64,000 nucleotides of DNA. Origin: Leucoraja erinacea (Eukaryota). Below the pieces are notes generated by a model. It did no database searches and was not told where the DNA came from. It saw only the letters and a program-made list of their open reading frames with translations. This document shows, piece by piece, positions 60,306-64,000 of this stretch (position 1 is its first letter; each line of letters opens with the position of its first letter). Made by a program: the position numbers and the translations under genes. The stretch is from the NCBI RefSeq assembly GCF_028641065.1, contig NC_073401.1, positions 22,630,001 through 22,694,000 of the forward strand, read 5' to 3'.

Positions 60306-61850
60306 GTGCTTATAATTAAATAACTGCTAACTTACTTGCACAATAAGAACTCAAAACATAGGGGAAAGCGCACTCCACTGTTTTAATGCTCACTCTGGCT
60401 CATGGGGTGATCGTCAACAGGAGTGCAGCTGGAACCAAATTTAAACGATTTTCTCACGTATGTCCCAATTTTATAGATATGTCCGATTTGCTGTAATATG
60501 CGGCGGCTGGTATACAGTAAACTTCAGGGTGGGTGCAGCAGGCGGCAACGGACAGGTTACATCTGTACAAACTAAAGCACCGGCATCCTGTGGCTGCTTA
60601 TACAATCGCGCACAAATGGAGTCAAAGAGTGTTATTCGGAGCGGGGTAGCCGACAGTTTGCTCATCGAATCTTATCCTTCTTTCATCACTATCGCTGCTG
60701 ATTGTCTATCACCTGAAGGAAGACCAAACGCTGGGAGAGCCGGCCATGAGGCGAGTCAGGGGGTCGGAACTCTGACCCCCCCTCCCCCCTCCCCTGCCAT
60801 CCTCGCCTCACAGACTCTTACAAAACAACTTGTTCAAGCGATTCAATGGTGTTTCTTTGTCACTTGGACCGGGACAATGAAAGCCTTAAAGCTGGGGCAG
60901 CGAAGAACGACGGACTGGGAATCTGAAAATTCAATGTAAAACAAAATGTACCGCCGCGAGGGCGTGGTTTTAGTGCTTTGAAAAATGGTTATGTTTCAGG
61001 ATTGAACGATCAGAAACAGCGGTGTATGAAAGGACACATAGTGGCGAGAATGTAGACGCAAACAGGCGCAAGATGAACAAGGAGACTCGCGTTTAAACAG
61101 CAAAACCTCCTAGAATCTTGAGCAAAAACACAAAGTGCTGGAGGAACTCTGTGGGTCAAGCAGTATCTGTGAAAGGAATGGACAGGGGATGTTTAAGACC
61201 CTTTGAGGGTACCGGCCCGAAACGTCGCCCATCCATGCCCTCCACAGATGCAGTTCCACCAACCCATTTTATTTTGCTCCCGGATTGTTCTCCAGTTTTG
61301 ACACAGGAAGGTCCCACAAAGCGATAATAACCAACCTGTTGCACTGATGCAGACTGTGGGATGTGTTTGTTCGCTAGAACACTGGCAACAACTATTCTGC
61401 GACCCCCCCTCTCAGTTTGAGCCTGGTGGTCTTTAATGTCCCGATTTAACATTTCACCCAAATAGACGGCGCAGAAATCCCCCAGTGACACGGTGGAAAA
61501 TAATCCCAGACCGTTTGAATGAATGTCCCGTTATTGAAAGGGAGAAGCAATTGTAAGATCTCACACTTGTTGAGAAGCGAGAACGTGCACAAAGCCACAG
61601 GATGGAGAGGGAGGGGAGAGTGTAGCCTTTCCGACGGGAGTGAATGACAATCATATACACACACTGGGGTGGGGTGGAAGTGGTGAGGCAGAGGTGCAGT
61701 CGCGAATATTGTAAGAGAAATAGGTTAAAATAGAAATTGTATCCATTTTAAAACGTCTACACGTCGATTATCAATCCCACACCAGAGGTGTGTCGTTACT
61801 TCTGTGCGCTGTCTTCAGCACTTCAACGGGGTCGCTTAAATTATTGTGTG

Positions 61851-62011
61851 NNNNNNNNNNNNNNNNNNNNNNNNNNNNNNNNNNNNNNNNNNNNNNNNNN
61901 NNNNNNNNNNNNNNNNNNNNNNNNNNNNNNNNNNNNNNNNNNNNNNNNNNNNNNNNNNNNNNNNNNNNNNNNNNNNNNNNNNNNNNNNNNNNNNNNNNNN
62001 NNNNNNNNNNN
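61851..62011. other. Assembly gap (161 N)
   Basis: Run of N. Confidence 1.
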
Positions 62012-62504
62012 GATAGGTGGAGCGAGAGAGAGAAAGAGAGGGAGGGGGGGGGGGGGGGGTGGAAGAGAGAGAGAGAGAGAGCTTACAAAACCCCTTTCCT
62101 GGGGAACGAAACCCAGAACAGAAACTGGAAACGCATCTGAACTTCCGGAGCAATTGAATGGAACTGAAGGAAATCGGCCGGCAGGGAAAACAGAAACAGA
62201 CAGGAAACATATAGCGAGAATGAAGGGAATATCCTCTCGTCGTCTGCCTCTCAGCTGCGGGCCTTTTATTCTGGTTCTGTGGGCACCTGCACCGAGGCCA
62301 GGCAGAATGGAGAATGCATCCAGACTCCTGTTTATCTATCCTGCAAGAGATCCAGTGGTTTAAATGCAATTGAAGGTGCGAGGAGGCCAAATACCAACCT
62401 GTGCCACACTGTGAAACTGAATACTAACATGCCAACTTGGAACAAACGGCCTGTTGCACCATTGTTGATCTGATTGTATCCTCGCCTCCGCGATTTCACC
62501 CCCC

Positions 62505-62535
<31 letters not shown>

Positions 62536-62631
62536 TTGCTTGCCATGTCTCTACCCAAAACATCCGTGACTACCACTCCTTGAGATAGGGAATTCCAAAG
62601 GCTCATCGCCTACTGAGAGAAAACAAAACAT

Positions 62632-62935
62632 TCCAGAACAAGGGGTCACAGTTTAAGGATAAGGGGGAAATCTTTTAGGACCGAGATGAGAAAAACTTTT
62701 TTCACACAGAGAGTGGTGAATCTGTGGAATTCTCTGCCACAGAAGGTAGTTGAGGTCATTGGCTATATTTAAGGGGGAGTTAGATGTGGCCCTTGTGGCT
62801 AAAGGTATCAGGGGGTATGGAGAGAAGGCAGGTACAGGATACTGAGTTGGATGATCAGCCATGATCATATCGAATGGCGGTGCAGGCTCGAAGGGCCGAA
62901 TGGCCTACTCCTGCACCTATTTTCTATGTTTCTAT
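62632..62935 (+). mobile_element. CR1-like LINE 3' end
   Basis: FFTQRVVNLWNSLPQ remnant and tail cctattttctatgtttcta. Confidence 0.85.
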
Positions 62936-63639
62936 TTCATCTCACTCTTCCGTAGACAAGTCTTTTCTTATTATTTTTTTTAAACCCTCGTTCTACCTTC
63001 TCCCACGCGAGGAAACATTATCTCCACGTGTAACTTCTCAAGAAATGAAATATGTTAAAGGTAGACACAAAGTAGAGGAACTCAGCGGGCCAGGCAGCAT
63101 ATGTGGAGAAAAATGATGGGTGAGTACCGAAGGATGTTCTCCTGTTCCGTCTATGCAACGCCGAACCTACTGAATGGCGCTTGTCCCACCAGTTACTGAA
63201 TTTTAAATTCTCATCTTGGTGTCCAAACTTCCCCACTGCTTTACCTCGCCCCCAGGATTCCAGGATTTTGTTCCTTGAGCTCTGGTCTCCTGAACTAACC
63301 CTGTCCCCGTCCTAAGCAATGGAATTCCTTTAGGAAAACAGTGTCTGCTTTAAAAGGGTGACCTTTTTTTTTCTCCGACAAAACATCTATTTCTCTGGCA
63401 AAACATGTCTTCATCTGCCCTATTGGCATCCCGTTAATTAGCGCCTGCTTGCATTCTTGTGAAGACCTTGAAAAGCTCAATAGGTTATGTTCATGTAACA
63501 CGGTCGCTCGCTCGCTGTGTAGGTTCGCCCTCTTCAAATGGTGGAACATTCCATAATATTAGGACATGGCATTACATTTGACATTATTGATCAATTTTAT
63601 TGATGCTGTAATCGGGAGGCAACGCAATGAAGGATCAAT

Positions 63640-64000
63640 ACCTCAGACGTGGTGGTCCTGGCCAGCTCAGACCTGGAATATCTAACGCAGAAATGCTGTC
63701 CCCTACTACCTGCGGCAAGAATTCACCTAAGCTATCTTTACCCTCTGTACAGTCTATTACCCTCCCACACTCATGCCAAGCTTGCTCTGAATGAACTGGA
63801 CTCTGCTGCCAATAGCCTTGAGCAAAAAACATTCCAAAGCCCTGGTCATTCTAGCCTGGAACTTCAGTCAAGCCAATCTCAAGAGCATGCTACCAAAAAT
63901 GCTATCAGCATGTCTCTTGTCTCATCAGGGGCCAGAACACCCTCGACCACCGCTACACATCCATAAAAAAAACGCCTACCGCTCCATTCCACGGCCACAT
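63640..64000 (+). mobile_element. Rex1/Babar-like LINE endonuclease remnant
   Basis: SSDLEYLTQKCCP...HAKLALNELDSAANSLE resembles the Rex1-type APE segment SPDLEYL.VKCRP...AL.EL..AI..LE. Confidence 0.55.

Noticed and set aside
61788-62390. Long ORFs spanning the N run
   Set aside because: Artefacts of translating through the assembly gap.

Overview
Vertebrate nuclear DNA, most likely a cartilaginous fish such as a skate or ray (inferred from the HE1-like V-SINEs, CR1/HER1-like LINEs and abundant Penelope-like elements). The window is the orthologue of the human 22q11.2 block UFD1-CDC45-CLDN5. It holds the first two exons of UFD1 (minus strand), the whole 19-exon CDC45 gene (plus strand, about 568 aa) and single-exon CLDN5 (minus strand). 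CDC45 has one U12-type intron, a 3'-UTR intron and an apparent 1-nt frameshift in exon 12 that is probably an assembly error. Introns and intergenic DNA are packed with decayed transposons. Main observations: (1) about ten minimal hammerhead-ribozyme motifs in Penelope terminal segments, often in inverted pairs, including a perfect 70-bp hairpin downstream of CLDN5; (2) two 26-28-bp palindromic micro-insertions with 8-bp target-site duplications; (3) a 31-bp minisatellite that builds a phased CCAAT/NF-Y array in the CDC45 promoter; (4) a retroposon tail abutting the CDC45 exon 16 acceptor. There is a 161-N gap at 61851-62011. All calls come from reading the sequence; no database search was run, and TE boundaries are approximate.
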